64,000 nt of DNA from a virus: positions 1 through 64,000 of the IMG/VR virus record IMGVR_UViG_3300045988_105143; one strand, given 5' to 3'. The notes beneath the pieces are model-generated. The model saw only the letters and a program-made list of their open reading frames with translations. It was not told the origin of the DNA and made no database searches. This document shows, piece after piece, positions 51,374 through 60,256 of the stretch. The translations under genes and the position numbers were made by a program. Each line of letters opens with the position of its first letter. Positions within the stretch are counted from its first letter, which is position 1.

Positions 51374-51733
51374 TTATTTACTCATTTTTTTGAGCAACAA
51401 CTCGAGCATTTTTTGCTCATCGTCGCTCAATTTTTCTGTTGCCTTGCTAAGGTCTACGCCCTTAATGCTTTCTTTCACAACTGGCTCATAGTTAAAGCCT
51501 GTTTTGAATAAGAAAATTTGGTTGCCTTTGGTATCGGTGAATACCATTTTTTGGTATTCTTTCCCCTCAACCTTTTCTAAATGCGTAGCCTTTAAGGCTG
51601 TACGTGTCTTATTCCATTCAACAGATAATTCCAATGTTAAAGTCATAGACTTTTCATTTAGTTTGAAGGAATTTACAGCTTTTTTAGTAGTAGTTTTGGA
51701 TTCAGTATTGATAGATTTTTTAATAGTTGCCAT
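51374..51733 (-). CDS. hypothetical early protein bracketed by inverted repeats
   Basis: 119-aa ORF with GAGG RBS, the first gene of the minus-strand block. Confidence 0.6.
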   Translation of the reverse strand: MATIKKSINTESKTTTKKAVNSFKLNEKSMTLTLELSVEWNKTRTALKATHLEKVEGKEYQKMVFTDTKGNQIFLFKTGFNYEPVVKESIKGVDLSKATEKLSDDEQKMLELLLKKMSK

Positions 51734-51773
51734 GATATTTACCTCGCTTATTTAATAAAAATTAAATCTGAAA

Positions 51774-51803
51774 GGTTAGGCGGACTATCAAAGTCAATCA
51801 CCT
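51774..51803. repeat. right arm of 30-bp inverted repeat
   Basis: GGTTAGGCGGACTATCAAAGTCAATCACCT. Confidence 0.85.
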
Positions 51804-52081
51804 GCGTTATTAAGTTTTCAAAGAGCTAAGCACTCAACCACTAGCCGTGGTCGTTTGCCTTGACTACACTACACCATATTACCTAAAAACATAGAAATCC
51901 GCTTATTTACTGGCTTTATAGCACCTTTTGTATGGTTATATCATTCTATATATTATTCTCATTGTATTAGCCACTATTATTAGGGTATTTTACCGTATTG
52001 ATATTGATTATCATTCTCAGCCAAGGGTGGGGCTTCGCATACAGCGGGTCCCATATGTACGCCCCCATATTTAGAGACCCT

Positions 52082-52138
52082 TCTTCCAAAAATATAACTC
52101 CATTCCAGTCTATTACCTACCTCTTCCAAAAATATAAC
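52082..52138. repeat. 17-bp direct repeat pair upstream of terL
   Basis: TCTTCCAAAAATATAAC at 52082-52098 and 52122-52138. Flanked by G-rich boxes GGGTGGGG (52025-52032) and GGGGTGGGGG (52141-52150). Confidence 0.8.
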
Positions 52139-52296
52139 AAGGGGTGGGGGTTCATATAAAGGGCACCCCATTATAATATATTAACATGTGCAAAAAATTT
52201 TTTATAAAAAATAAAGTAGTCTTTTGGTTTATGGCATTGTTTGGAATAATACAGATAATAAATACGGAGATTGTAGGTTAATTTTATAAGGAAGGA

Positions 52297-53745
52297 GTGG
52301 TCAATATATCTAATGAAGTAGATGCGAAGATTGCAGAAGCCTTTAGACGTGGGAAAGAGAACCTAGTTACATTCCATAGGTTGTTTTTACCAGTTGAAGA
52401 TGAAGTTGAGCCTGCTTGGTTCCATTATACATGGAGTGATATTCTATTACATGGGGATAAACACTTTGCCATTGAAGGGTTCCGTGAAAGTGCGAAGAGT
52501 TCGTTTGTATTGCGTGCGTTTCCGTTGTATCGTTTAACATATCCAACTAAGAAAGCCAATTATATTGTTTTTATCATGGCTAACCAAACTAAGGCTAGTA
52601 AGCAATTAAAAGAAATTGCTGATACTTACGTATCAAATGAATTTTTAAGTCTCAACCTAGTTAAGGTCAAACAACAATCCGATAAAGCATTCGAATGTAT
52701 TGTCACTGACGAAAAGGGAGAAGAAATACGTGTTCGTATGGAAGCATATGGTAAAGGTTCTTCTATTCGTGGTTTGTTATGGGGGGATAAACGCCCTGAT
52801 ATTATTATCATAGATGACCCTCAAGACGTAGAAGATAGTCTTTCTGATACTATTCAAACAAACGACTATGATTGGTTTTTGTCTGATGCTTATTTCTTAG
52901 GTAAGAAAACACGAATCTTTATGATTGGAAATAACCTTGGCGAAAAATGTTTGATTGAGCAAGTTATTAATAATAAAGACTTATTGAAATTCAATGCTTT
53001 ACGTATCCCTGTTATGAATGAACAAGGTGAATCAAACTGGGCAGAGAGATTCCCAGTATCTGAAATACTAGAGGAAAAAGAAGCTTGGAGAGCTTTGGGT
53101 AAACTGGATATTTGGGAAAGGGAGAAAATGTGTATTGCTATTTCCCCAGAACGCCAAATGTTTAAAAAAGAATACTTTATGTATTATGCTCCTAACGAGC
53201 TTAAACTGGAAGATTGCTCTATTTATACCACAGTCGATTTAGCTATTTCAGAAAAGGAAAGTGCCGACTATACAGTAATATGTACAGTAGCTGTTAATCC
53301 AGATAACAAATGGTTTATCTTAGATATTGATTTTGATAGGTATGACCCTTCCCAAACTATTGACGGTATCTTCCGTGCCGTTCAAAAGTATAAACCTATA
53401 TATGTAGGTGTAGAAAAGGTTGCTTATCAAGCATCTGTAAAACATTACTTAGAGAAAGAAATGCCTAAGCGTAATATTTGGTTTACTGTAAAGGACTTGG
53501 AAGCATCTAGTCGAAAGGAATTACGTATTGCTACTCTCCAACCACGGTTTAAAACTGGTAATATCTGGTTCCCTATGGGAGCCAAATTCCTTACTGAATT
53601 AGAGAGTGAATTACAATCATTCCCTAAAGGTTTGCATGACGACTTAATCGACGCCTTGGCTTATATCTCTCAAATTGCATTACCGCCTGTAGGTAATTTT
53701 AATTCTGTCAGTACTGCTGACATCCCATTAGGAGGTGCTATGTAA
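52297..53745 (+). CDS. terL: terminase large subunit
   Basis: ATPase Walker B DIIIIDDPQD and coupling motif. C-terminal RNaseH-like nuclease (YTTVDLAISEKESADYTV, HDDLIDALAY). GTG start after AAGGAAGGAG, so the exact start is uncertain. Confidence 0.85.
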   Translation: MVNISNEVDAKIAEAFRRGKENLVTFHRLFLPVEDEVEPAWFHYTWSDILLHGDKHFAIEGFRESAKSSFVLRAFPLYRLTYPTKKANYIVFIMANQTKASKQLKEIADTYVSNEFLSLNLVKVKQQSDKAFECIVTDEKGEEIRVRMEAYGKGSSIRGLLWGDKRPDIIIIDDPQDVEDSLSDTIQTNDYDWFLSDAYFLGKKTRIFMIGNNLGEKCLIEQVINNKDLLKFNALRIPVMNEQGESNWAERFPVSEILEEKEAWRALGKLDIWEREKMCIAISPERQMFKKEYFMYYAPNELKLEDCSIYTTVDLAISEKESADYTVICTVAVNPDNKWFILDIDFDRYDPSQTIDGIFRAVQKYKPIYVGVEKVAYQASVKHYLEKEMPKRNIWFTVKDLEASSRKELRIATLQPRFKTGNIWFPMGAKFLTELESELQSFPKGLHDDLIDALAYISQIALPPVGNFNSVSTADIPLGGAM

Positions 53746-54014
53746 TGAAATTATTACATGACAACGTATTGGTTATTCCTGAAGTAAAAGAAGAAACTAC
53801 TGAAAGTGGAATTATTCTTGGCTCTACCCCAAAAGCACAGCATATTGGTAAAGTATATGCTAGTGGGGAAGGTAAATTTGAATCTGGTAAATGGATTCAT
53901 AATGAGGTAACTGAAGGTGATATTGTACAATTTGGTCCATATACAGAAGAAATTGTCATTGAAGGTCATAAATATCTCCTAATGAAACATTCTAATATTA
54001 TTTGTATCTTATAA
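53745..54014 (+). CDS. groES: GroES-like co-chaperonin (Cpn10)
   Basis: 89 aa, aligning end to end with the Cpn10 consensus: LHDNVLV, TESGIIL, GKVYASGEG, EGDIVQFGPY..E.VIEGHKYLLMKHSNIICIL. Confidence 0.8.
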   Translation: MKLLHDNVLVIPEVKEETTESGIILGSTPKAQHIGKVYASGEGKFESGKWIHNEVTEGDIVQFGPYTEEIVIEGHKYLLMKHSNIICIL

Positions 54015-54023
54015 GGAGGTTAA

Positions 54024-56120
54024 ATGGATAGCGAGTCTGTTTTACAGGACTTAAACAAAACGGTAGTACGATATGTCCAAAATGATATCAAACGTGCTGA
54101 AGCATACAGTGCTAGTGTTATCGAGCCAGTAGTTAAAGAACGTTATGAAATCTATTACGCCGATAAAGACTATTACCGTAATAAGTTCCCTATTTTATCT
54201 AAAACTTCTGACCTCGTATCCACTGACGTTGCCGATACTATCGAATGGGCTTTACCTTCTCTTATGAAGGTATTCACTGGCTCTGATGAGGTTATTACCA
54301 TCGCTGGTGTAACCGAAGAAGATGATACTAAAGCTGAGACTATGCAGGAATTGCTGGTATATCAGCTCCAACGTCAAAATAAGTTTTTCCCTATCCTATA
54401 TAATTGGATTAAGGATTCCCTTATTACTGGCTTAGGTATCATTAAATGCTATTGGGAACGTACCGAAGGATACACTACAGAACAAACAAAACTGAATAAT
54501 GAAGCTTTACAAGCTTTAATCCAAACTGGTGTGGAGGTTACCAACATTGATGGTCCAGATATATATGGAGACTTTCTAGTAACATATCAATCACCATATT
54601 ATGTTAAAAATGCACCTAAAATTGAGAATATTTTGATTAGCGAATTTATCTATTCTCCAGATGCTAAGAGCCTAGAGGACGCTAATTTTGTTGCACATAA
54701 ACGTAAAGTTACTATGAGTTACTTACGTGAACGTGAAGCACAGGGTGTATACGCTAATATCGATGATATCAAAGTAGATGCATACAAGGGTAACCTATAT
54801 GACCCGATTGAAGAAGTAATCGGTGATAGCTATAACGACATCACATACGAAGAGCAACAAGCTCGCCAGGAAGTGATTATTTATGAATGCTATACTAAGA
54901 TTGATATTAATGGTGATGGCATCTTAGAAGATATGATTATCACTATTTGCGGTGACACAATCATCCGTATGGAGCAAAATTATATGGGTAGACACCCATT
55001 CTTTGCTATTTCCCCTACTAAAGACCCGCACCGTATCTGGGTAAAACGCTCTTATGCAGAGTTAATTGGCGAATTACAGGACTTAAAGGTTGCTTTAACA
55101 CGCCAAATTATGCAAAATGTAGCGTTAACCAATGACCCTAAGATGTTATTAGACGAAACAGCTATTAATATTGATGATTTTGTCCAAGGTCGCAAGGTTG
55201 TTCGTATGAAATCAGGACATTCACTCAACGAAGTGGCTATGCCAATGCCAGTGAGCCCATTATCTCCTCAAACATTCACGTTTTTAGAATGGCTGGAAGG
55301 GCAAAAAGAGAACCGTACTGGTATTACACGGTACAACCAAGGTCTTGACGCTAACAGCCTTAACAAAACGGCTACTGGTATATCCGCTATTCTCGGACAA
55401 AGCTCACAACGTCTTGAATTAGTAGCACGTATGTTCGCAGAAACTGGTCTTTATGAATTATTCCGATTCATGGTTAGCTTAAACCAGAAATTTATAGACC
55501 AAGCCACTGTAATTCGCTTGACTAACAAGGAAATGCGTATTACCCCAGAAGATTTGGACGGTAGTTTTGACCTTATTGTCAATGCAGGTATTAGTATCGC
55601 TACTAAAGAATCCACAATTATGGCGACTCAAACGCTATTAACTGCTATTATGCAGGCTAACGCTGGTGGCTATATGATTTCAACTCCAGAAAACATCTAT
55701 AATTTGTTTAAAAAATGGATTGAAAGTATTGGATTTAAAAACTATGGTGACTATATTACCGACCCTGCTATTACACAACAGCGTATGTTAATGGAAATGC
55801 AATTGAAACAACAAGTATTGTCTCAATTACCTCCTGATGCATTACAGTACTATGCTCAATTCGGTATTCTACCACCAGAATATTTAAATATGTTACCACC
55901 TCAATTGCAGGTATTATTCCAAGGAGCAGGAAATGAACCAGGAACAAATGAACAACAAAATGCTGGAAGTCAGTTTGGGGGAACAGGCTTCGGCGGTGCT
56001 AACCTTTCTGGAGGATTGGCTGGCGGCTTATCACGAATGGATAATCAACAACCTCAAAACGTGCAACGAGGACCGTCTCAGGGACCTTCGGAACCTCCTA
56101 GTGGTATCGGAGGATTTTAA
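54024..56120 (+). CDS. portal protein
   Basis: 698 aa, positioned after terL. The call rests on size and position. Gly/Gln-rich disordered C-terminal tail. Confidence 0.7.
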   Translation: MDSESVLQDLNKTVVRYVQNDIKRAEAYSASVIEPVVKERYEIYYADKDYYRNKFPILSKTSDLVSTDVADTIEWALPSLMKVFTGSDEVITIAGVTEEDDTKAETMQELLVYQLQRQNKFFPILYNWIKDSLITGLGIIKCYWERTEGYTTEQTKLNNEALQALIQTGVEVTNIDGPDIYGDFLVTYQSPYYVKNAPKIENILISEFIYSPDAKSLEDANFVAHKRKVTMSYLREREAQGVYANIDDIKVDAYKGNLYDPIEEVIGDSYNDITYEEQQARQEVIIYECYTKIDINGDGILEDMIITICGDTIIRMEQNYMGRHPFFAISPTKDPHRIWVKRSYAELIGELQDLKVALTRQIMQNVALTNDPKMLLDETAINIDDFVQGRKVVRMKSGHSLNEVAMPMPVSPLSPQTFTFLEWLEGQKENRTGITRYNQGLDANSLNKTATGISAILGQSSQRLELVARMFAETGLYELFRFMVSLNQKFIDQATVIRLTNKEMRITPEDLDGSFDLIVNAGISIATKESTIMATQTLLTAIMQANAGGYMISTPENIYNLFKKWIESIGFKNYGDYITDPAITQQRMLMEMQLKQQVLSQLPPDALQYYAQFGILPPEYLNMLPPQLQVLFQGAGNEPGTNEQQNAGSQFGGTGFGGANLSGGLAGGLSRMDNQQPQNVQRGPSQGPSEPPSGIGGF

Positions 56121-56229
56121 AAGCTTTTTAGAGCAACATGTAGTTAGTGGCAAATTATCTGGTGCCGAACTAAAAGAAGCTCTTGAAAAGGAAAATTATT
56201 TTAAACAGCGTGGGTATTACCCAGAATAG
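55933..56229 (+). CDS. ORF overlapping portal 3' end in the +1 frame
   Basis: 98-aa helical-looking ORF. 188 nt overlap the portal tail, and the remaining 109 nt fill the otherwise empty gap before 56238. Confidence 0.3.
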   Translation: MNQEQMNNKMLEVSLGEQASAVLTFLEDWLAAYHEWIINNLKTCNEDRLRDLRNLLVVSEDFKSFLEQHVVSGKLSGAELKEALEKENYFKQRGYYPE

Positions 56230-56237
56230 GAGATTGA

Positions 56238-57125
56238 ATGAACATTAAATTCGCAAATTGGAACGGTAACGCTCCATCACCTATCGCTATGGAACTTGCT
56301 AAGCGTGCAGGGGTTCAAGAAGCCCCTGTCAATTACCAAGACTACATGGCTAGTCAAGAGCCTATTAATAAAGCAAAGGCTCGTATGGAGGCTAACACAG
56401 AGTATCAAATGCCAGACAAAGGCAAATTTGCACCTAGTCAAGATTATACCTCTGTAAGTATGTCACCTAAATTTGAAACGAATGAGCAAGCGAAAGCACG
56501 TGCAGATGAAGCAGATACTCGTGCATACCAGCAATCACATCCTGGTTTAAGCTCAGACTTTGCTTCTAAAATTGCCGAAATCTTGCGACAAGGCAAAGCT
56601 ATGGAGCAATCTTATCGAGATAGTGCTAATGGTACGTTTACCCCAAAAACTATGGGTCAAATTGCGCAAGAGCGTATGGCTAATATTCCAGCAGACCAAA
56701 AATGGCGTCGCCAAAACCCATTTGCTGAAGGTATGGGCTACGTATGGGCTGATGATGCTAAGATGAAAGCCGCAGGCTGGGGGGACGACGACATTGCTTC
56801 AATGAAAGCACGTACAGAGTTCGAACCACAAGAGGTCTTAAATTTGGTAGACCAAGGAATAATTCGAGCACCTTATGCGGAGTATTTGAAAGAACAGGAG
56901 CGTTTACGCCAAGAAGCACTAGCTAAGGCGGCTCAAGAAGCATATGACTATAGCGAGCCAACTTATTATGAAAAACCAGCTTCTAGCGTATCTGCATCTG
57001 TTCCAGCATCACAACCATCATATGGTGTGGGTTTTGACCAATTAGACAGTGATAGTATGGCAGATTTCAAAAAAGGTAATCAAGCTGGCTGGAACTGGAA
57101 TCCAGGTCGCAATAATTTCTATTAA
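56238..57125 (+). CDS. head-associated protein, function unknown
   Basis: 295-aa ORF with GGAG RBS, between portal and scaffold. Confidence 0.6.
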   Translation: MNIKFANWNGNAPSPIAMELAKRAGVQEAPVNYQDYMASQEPINKAKARMEANTEYQMPDKGKFAPSQDYTSVSMSPKFETNEQAKARADEADTRAYQQSHPGLSSDFASKIAEILRQGKAMEQSYRDSANGTFTPKTMGQIAQERMANIPADQKWRRQNPFAEGMGYVWADDAKMKAAGWGDDDIASMKARTEFEPQEVLNLVDQGIIRAPYAEYLKEQERLRQEALAKAAQEAYDYSEPTYYEKPASSVSASVPASQPSYGVGFDQLDSDSMADFKKGNQAGWNWNPGRNNFY

Positions 57126-57167
57126 TTGACATTCACCAACCCTACGGGGAGTGAGGAGGAAAGACAC

Positions 57168-58202
57168 ATGGACGAATTGAAGTTCAAATTTGATTTGCAG
57201 ACATTTGCTGACGGTGACGCAGGTGATGCAACAGAGACTGGTTTGGAGCAACCTGTAACGGACTCCAATGCCGAAGATGATATTCCAGATTTTGGTATTG
57301 ATGAAGACGGCAACCCAGTATTCTTTAATGAAGGTGCGTTTGGCTCTGATGACAGTGAAGAAGGAGACGAGAACCCTGATGGTGAAGCTGACCAACCAGG
57401 ACAATCTGCCGAACCTGAAACATTTGTTGTTAAAGTGAACGGACAGGAACAAGAGGTAACACTAGACGAATTACTTCATGGATACATGCGTAACCAAGAT
57501 TATACTCGTAAGACACAAGCCTTAGCTGAGGAACGTCGTAATTTACAGTATAACCAAGCACCGCAAGTACAACCACAACAAGTAAACCCTCAAAATACAC
57601 CTAATGTTCCAGAGCAACCACAAATTACTCAACGTGATTATTATACTCAACTTGATGCATACGCTCGTAAAGAAGTACAAAATGCATTAGGTGAGGAATA
57701 TGATGAGTATAACCCACTCCATCAAGCGGCTTATGCAGATAGTATTGCTAATGTTAAAGCTGAAATTTTTTCTGCTCGCCAAGCTGAGGCAGAACGGGCG
57801 CGTGTGGTTGATAATTTCAATCAAACTATGAGTAAGTATTTCCAAGACCCTCACTTCCAAGAGATTAACCACTTGGCGTTGGAAAAATTAAATAACTTAC
57901 CATATGCACAAGCAGTGCAAATTAAACAAGCTATGGACAACTTTGATACGCAAACTGTTGATGCGTATATGAGTGCTGTCCGTAATGAATATTATGGTGC
58001 TAATAATGTGCCAACAATTCAGCGTAAGAATGCGGCTATGCCACAGAAACCTGTTGTGAAACCTCCTTTCGTAGAAAGTGCTGGTGCTTCAACGCAGTCC
58101 CCAGGTAATCCTACGGCACAAATTGATTATTCTAAACTAAGTCGATTATCTAACGATGAACAGGCACAGCTTATAGCACAATTAGGTTACTTTTCTAAAT
58201 AG
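57168..58202 (+). CDS. scaffolding protein
   Basis: GAGGAGG RBS then ATG 57168. N-terminal MDELKFKFDLQTFA motif, common at the N-termini of Firmicutes-phage scaffold/head proteins. Acidic region and Q/P-rich helices. Directly upstream of the capsid gene. Confidence 0.65.
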   Translation: MDELKFKFDLQTFADGDAGDATETGLEQPVTDSNAEDDIPDFGIDEDGNPVFFNEGAFGSDDSEEGDENPDGEADQPGQSAEPETFVVKVNGQEQEVTLDELLHGYMRNQDYTRKTQALAEERRNLQYNQAPQVQPQQVNPQNTPNVPEQPQITQRDYYTQLDAYARKEVQNALGEEYDEYNPLHQAAYADSIANVKAEIFSARQAEAERARVVDNFNQTMSKYFQDPHFQEINHLALEKLNNLPYAQAVQIKQAMDNFDTQTVDAYMSAVRNEYYGANNVPTIQRKNAAMPQKPVVKPPFVESAGASTQSPGNPTAQIDYSKLSRLSNDEQAQLIAQLGYFSK

Positions 58203-58215
58203 GAGGACTATTTAA

Positions 58216-59376
58216 TTGGCTAAGGAAATGGCTGTAAAGTCTTATAACGTGGTTGGTAAAGTAGAAGATATGAATGACTTCATCACGAATATCGACCCTG
58301 ACCAAACACTTTTAACTTCTCGTTTCGGTAAACTTACCGTAACAAGTACAGAGCACGCATGGTTATGCGATAGCTTACGCCCTGCGATGGATAACGCTAC
58401 ACTTGAAGTACATGACTTCAATACTCGTCAAGCTACTCCACGTAGACGTGAATCTAACTTCACACAACAATTCGAACATGGTTACACAGTATCTGATATC
58501 ACTCAAGCTATCAAGAAATATGGTGTACGTGACGAAAAATCTTATCAAATGTTGAAAGCTTCTAAAGAAATTGGTCGTGACTTAGAGTATGCGATTGTTT
58601 CTAACAAAGTAAAAACTCCATTTGATGAAGTTACACCTGGTCGCTTTGGTGGTATCCCTTACTTCTTGGACAACTTCTCTGAAGTAACTGTAGATGCACA
58701 AGGTGTCGTAACACTTAACTCTCACCGTTTCGTAACTGGTGATAAAGTTATTGTTCGTGGTAAAGGTGCTAATGCACTTGATTCTAAATTCTCCCCGAAC
58801 ACTCAATATTTCGTTAAACCTAAAGATGCTAATACATTCACATTGCATTTGACAGCAGAAGATTCTGCGGCAACTCTTGGCACACCAGTAAAACCATCTG
58901 CCGCTGTTACTGCTGGTAAAATGGAATTGACATATTGCAATGCTATCGATGCTGGTAAACTTGCTTCTCAAGGTGAGTTCACTATGGAAGCATTGAATGA
59001 TGCTATGCAAGCAGTATGGGGACGTGGTGGTAATATCGACATTGCCGTTATGTCTGGTAAGAATAAACGTAAAGCATCTACATTCACAGCTAACTCTCAA
59101 CGTAACGTAGCTATGGAAGCTAAGAAATTAACTCAAGTAGTTGACGTTATCGAAACTGACTTCGGTGTTGTTGAGTTGGTTGCTCATCGTATGTACGAAA
59201 ACGATGTTGTTGATTTGCTTGAATTGCAATACTGGAAACTTGGTTACCTTATTCCATTCCATAACGAAGATTTGGAACGTAAAGGTACTTACAAAGAGTC
59301 CGTAATTACAGGTACAGCTACTCTCGAATGTACTGCACCAATTGCCAACGCTCGTTTGTACGGCATTACAAAATAA
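58216..59376 (+). CDS. major capsid protein
   Basis: DMNDFITNIDPDQTLLTSRFGK...TEHAWLCDSL is the N-terminal signature I associate with SU10/GP7-type HK97-fold capsid proteins. Followed by a strong terminator. Confidence 0.85.
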   Translation: MAKEMAVKSYNVVGKVEDMNDFITNIDPDQTLLTSRFGKLTVTSTEHAWLCDSLRPAMDNATLEVHDFNTRQATPRRRESNFTQQFEHGYTVSDITQAIKKYGVRDEKSYQMLKASKEIGRDLEYAIVSNKVKTPFDEVTPGRFGGIPYFLDNFSEVTVDAQGVVTLNSHRFVTGDKVIVRGKGANALDSKFSPNTQYFVKPKDANTFTLHLTAEDSAATLGTPVKPSAAVTAGKMELTYCNAIDAGKLASQGEFTMEALNDAMQAVWGRGGNIDIAVMSGKNKRKASTFTANSQRNVAMEAKKLTQVVDVIETDFGVVELVAHRMYENDVVDLLELQYWKLGYLIPFHNEDLERKGTYKESVITGTATLECTAPIANARLYGITK

Positions 59377-59383
59377 ACCATTT

Positions 59384-59415
59384 GGGGGTAGTTAATTCTA
59401 CCCCCTTATTTTTGT
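59384..59415 (+). terminator. rho-independent terminator after capsid gene
   Basis: GGGGGTAG (59384-59391) TTAATT CTACCCCC (59398-59405) followed by TTATTTTTG. Confidence 0.85.
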
Positions 59416-59433
59416 TTCTAAAGGTAGGTATTT

Positions 59434-59742
59434 ATGTTAATTAGTTCACAAGTTACAGTAGATAAAGATACCTGGTCTATTCAACATACGTTTGATGAGA
59501 CAGAAGTATTAGAGCAGGCTAGAGAAGAACGTAATAGTGGGCTTGAAGGAGATATGGGTGGTGGGCAAGGTAAAGTCATTGCTCGTATCCCAAGACATCG
59601 ATTCTTTAGCGACTTTGAGTTGATTATGGCTCAAAAATGCCAAGGTATTGACAAGAAAGAGTATGAAATGTGGATACGTAAATGGATTATGAAAAACCCA
59701 GAATTCCGTACAACTACAGGAAATACTAAGAGGTATTTATGA
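59434..59742 (+). CDS. hypothetical head/connector protein
   Basis: 102-aa ORF with AGGTAGG upstream. Confidence 0.55.
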   Translation: MLISSQVTVDKDTWSIQHTFDETEVLEQAREERNSGLEGDMGGGQGKVIARIPRHRFFSDFELIMAQKCQGIDKKEYEMWIRKWIMKNPEFRTTTGNTKRYL

Positions 59743-60248
59743 TTGAAGTAAGAGATGTAGTGACATCAGTCCTATATGGACTTGGAGAAAACGCTACTCG
59801 AAAACATAGTGACCCAGAAATCATTGATTCTCTAAATATGGTTTTACGCTATATCAATCTAGCCTTGATTAATACTAAATCATACTGGATTGCTAAAGAA
59901 ATTAAATTAAAGCCCAAAAACGGTAAAGCTAAACTACCAGAAGATTTTGGTGGATTTAAAGAGTTTGAAAACTACGATGGTAAATATAAATTTACTAAAG
60001 ACTCTATTAAAATTGATAAAGACACCAATATGACATATCTCTATATCATTGACCCTATTGAAAATATAGACGATGAAATAGATTTGCCATATGTTCTATT
60101 CGATATGTTTAGCCGATACTCTATAGGACTGCTCAATGGTAATTTTGGGTCCGACACAGTGGCAGGTTTGATATCTGCCGAAATTCAAAAATTGGTGGCA
60201 AATGAGTCTAGCGGACCTATTGATAGACCTATGCCATTCTTTGTATAG
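59739..60248 (+). CDS. hypothetical head-tail connector protein
   Basis: 169-aa ORF with an ATGA overlap. Confidence 0.55.
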   Translation: MIEVRDVVTSVLYGLGENATRKHSDPEIIDSLNMVLRYINLALINTKSYWIAKEIKLKPKNGKAKLPEDFGGFKEFENYDGKYKFTKDSIKIDKDTNMTYLYIIDPIENIDDEIDLPYVLFDMFSRYSIGLLNGNFGSDTVAGLISAEIQKLVANESSGPIDRPMPFFV

Positions 60249-60256
60249 GAGGTATA

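Noticed and set aside
51980-52171. 63-aa minus-strand ORF in the terL upstream region
   Set aside because: Its Pro/Gly-rich translation is produced by the G/C boxes. It has no RBS, and the sequence is better explained as repeats or a DNA site.
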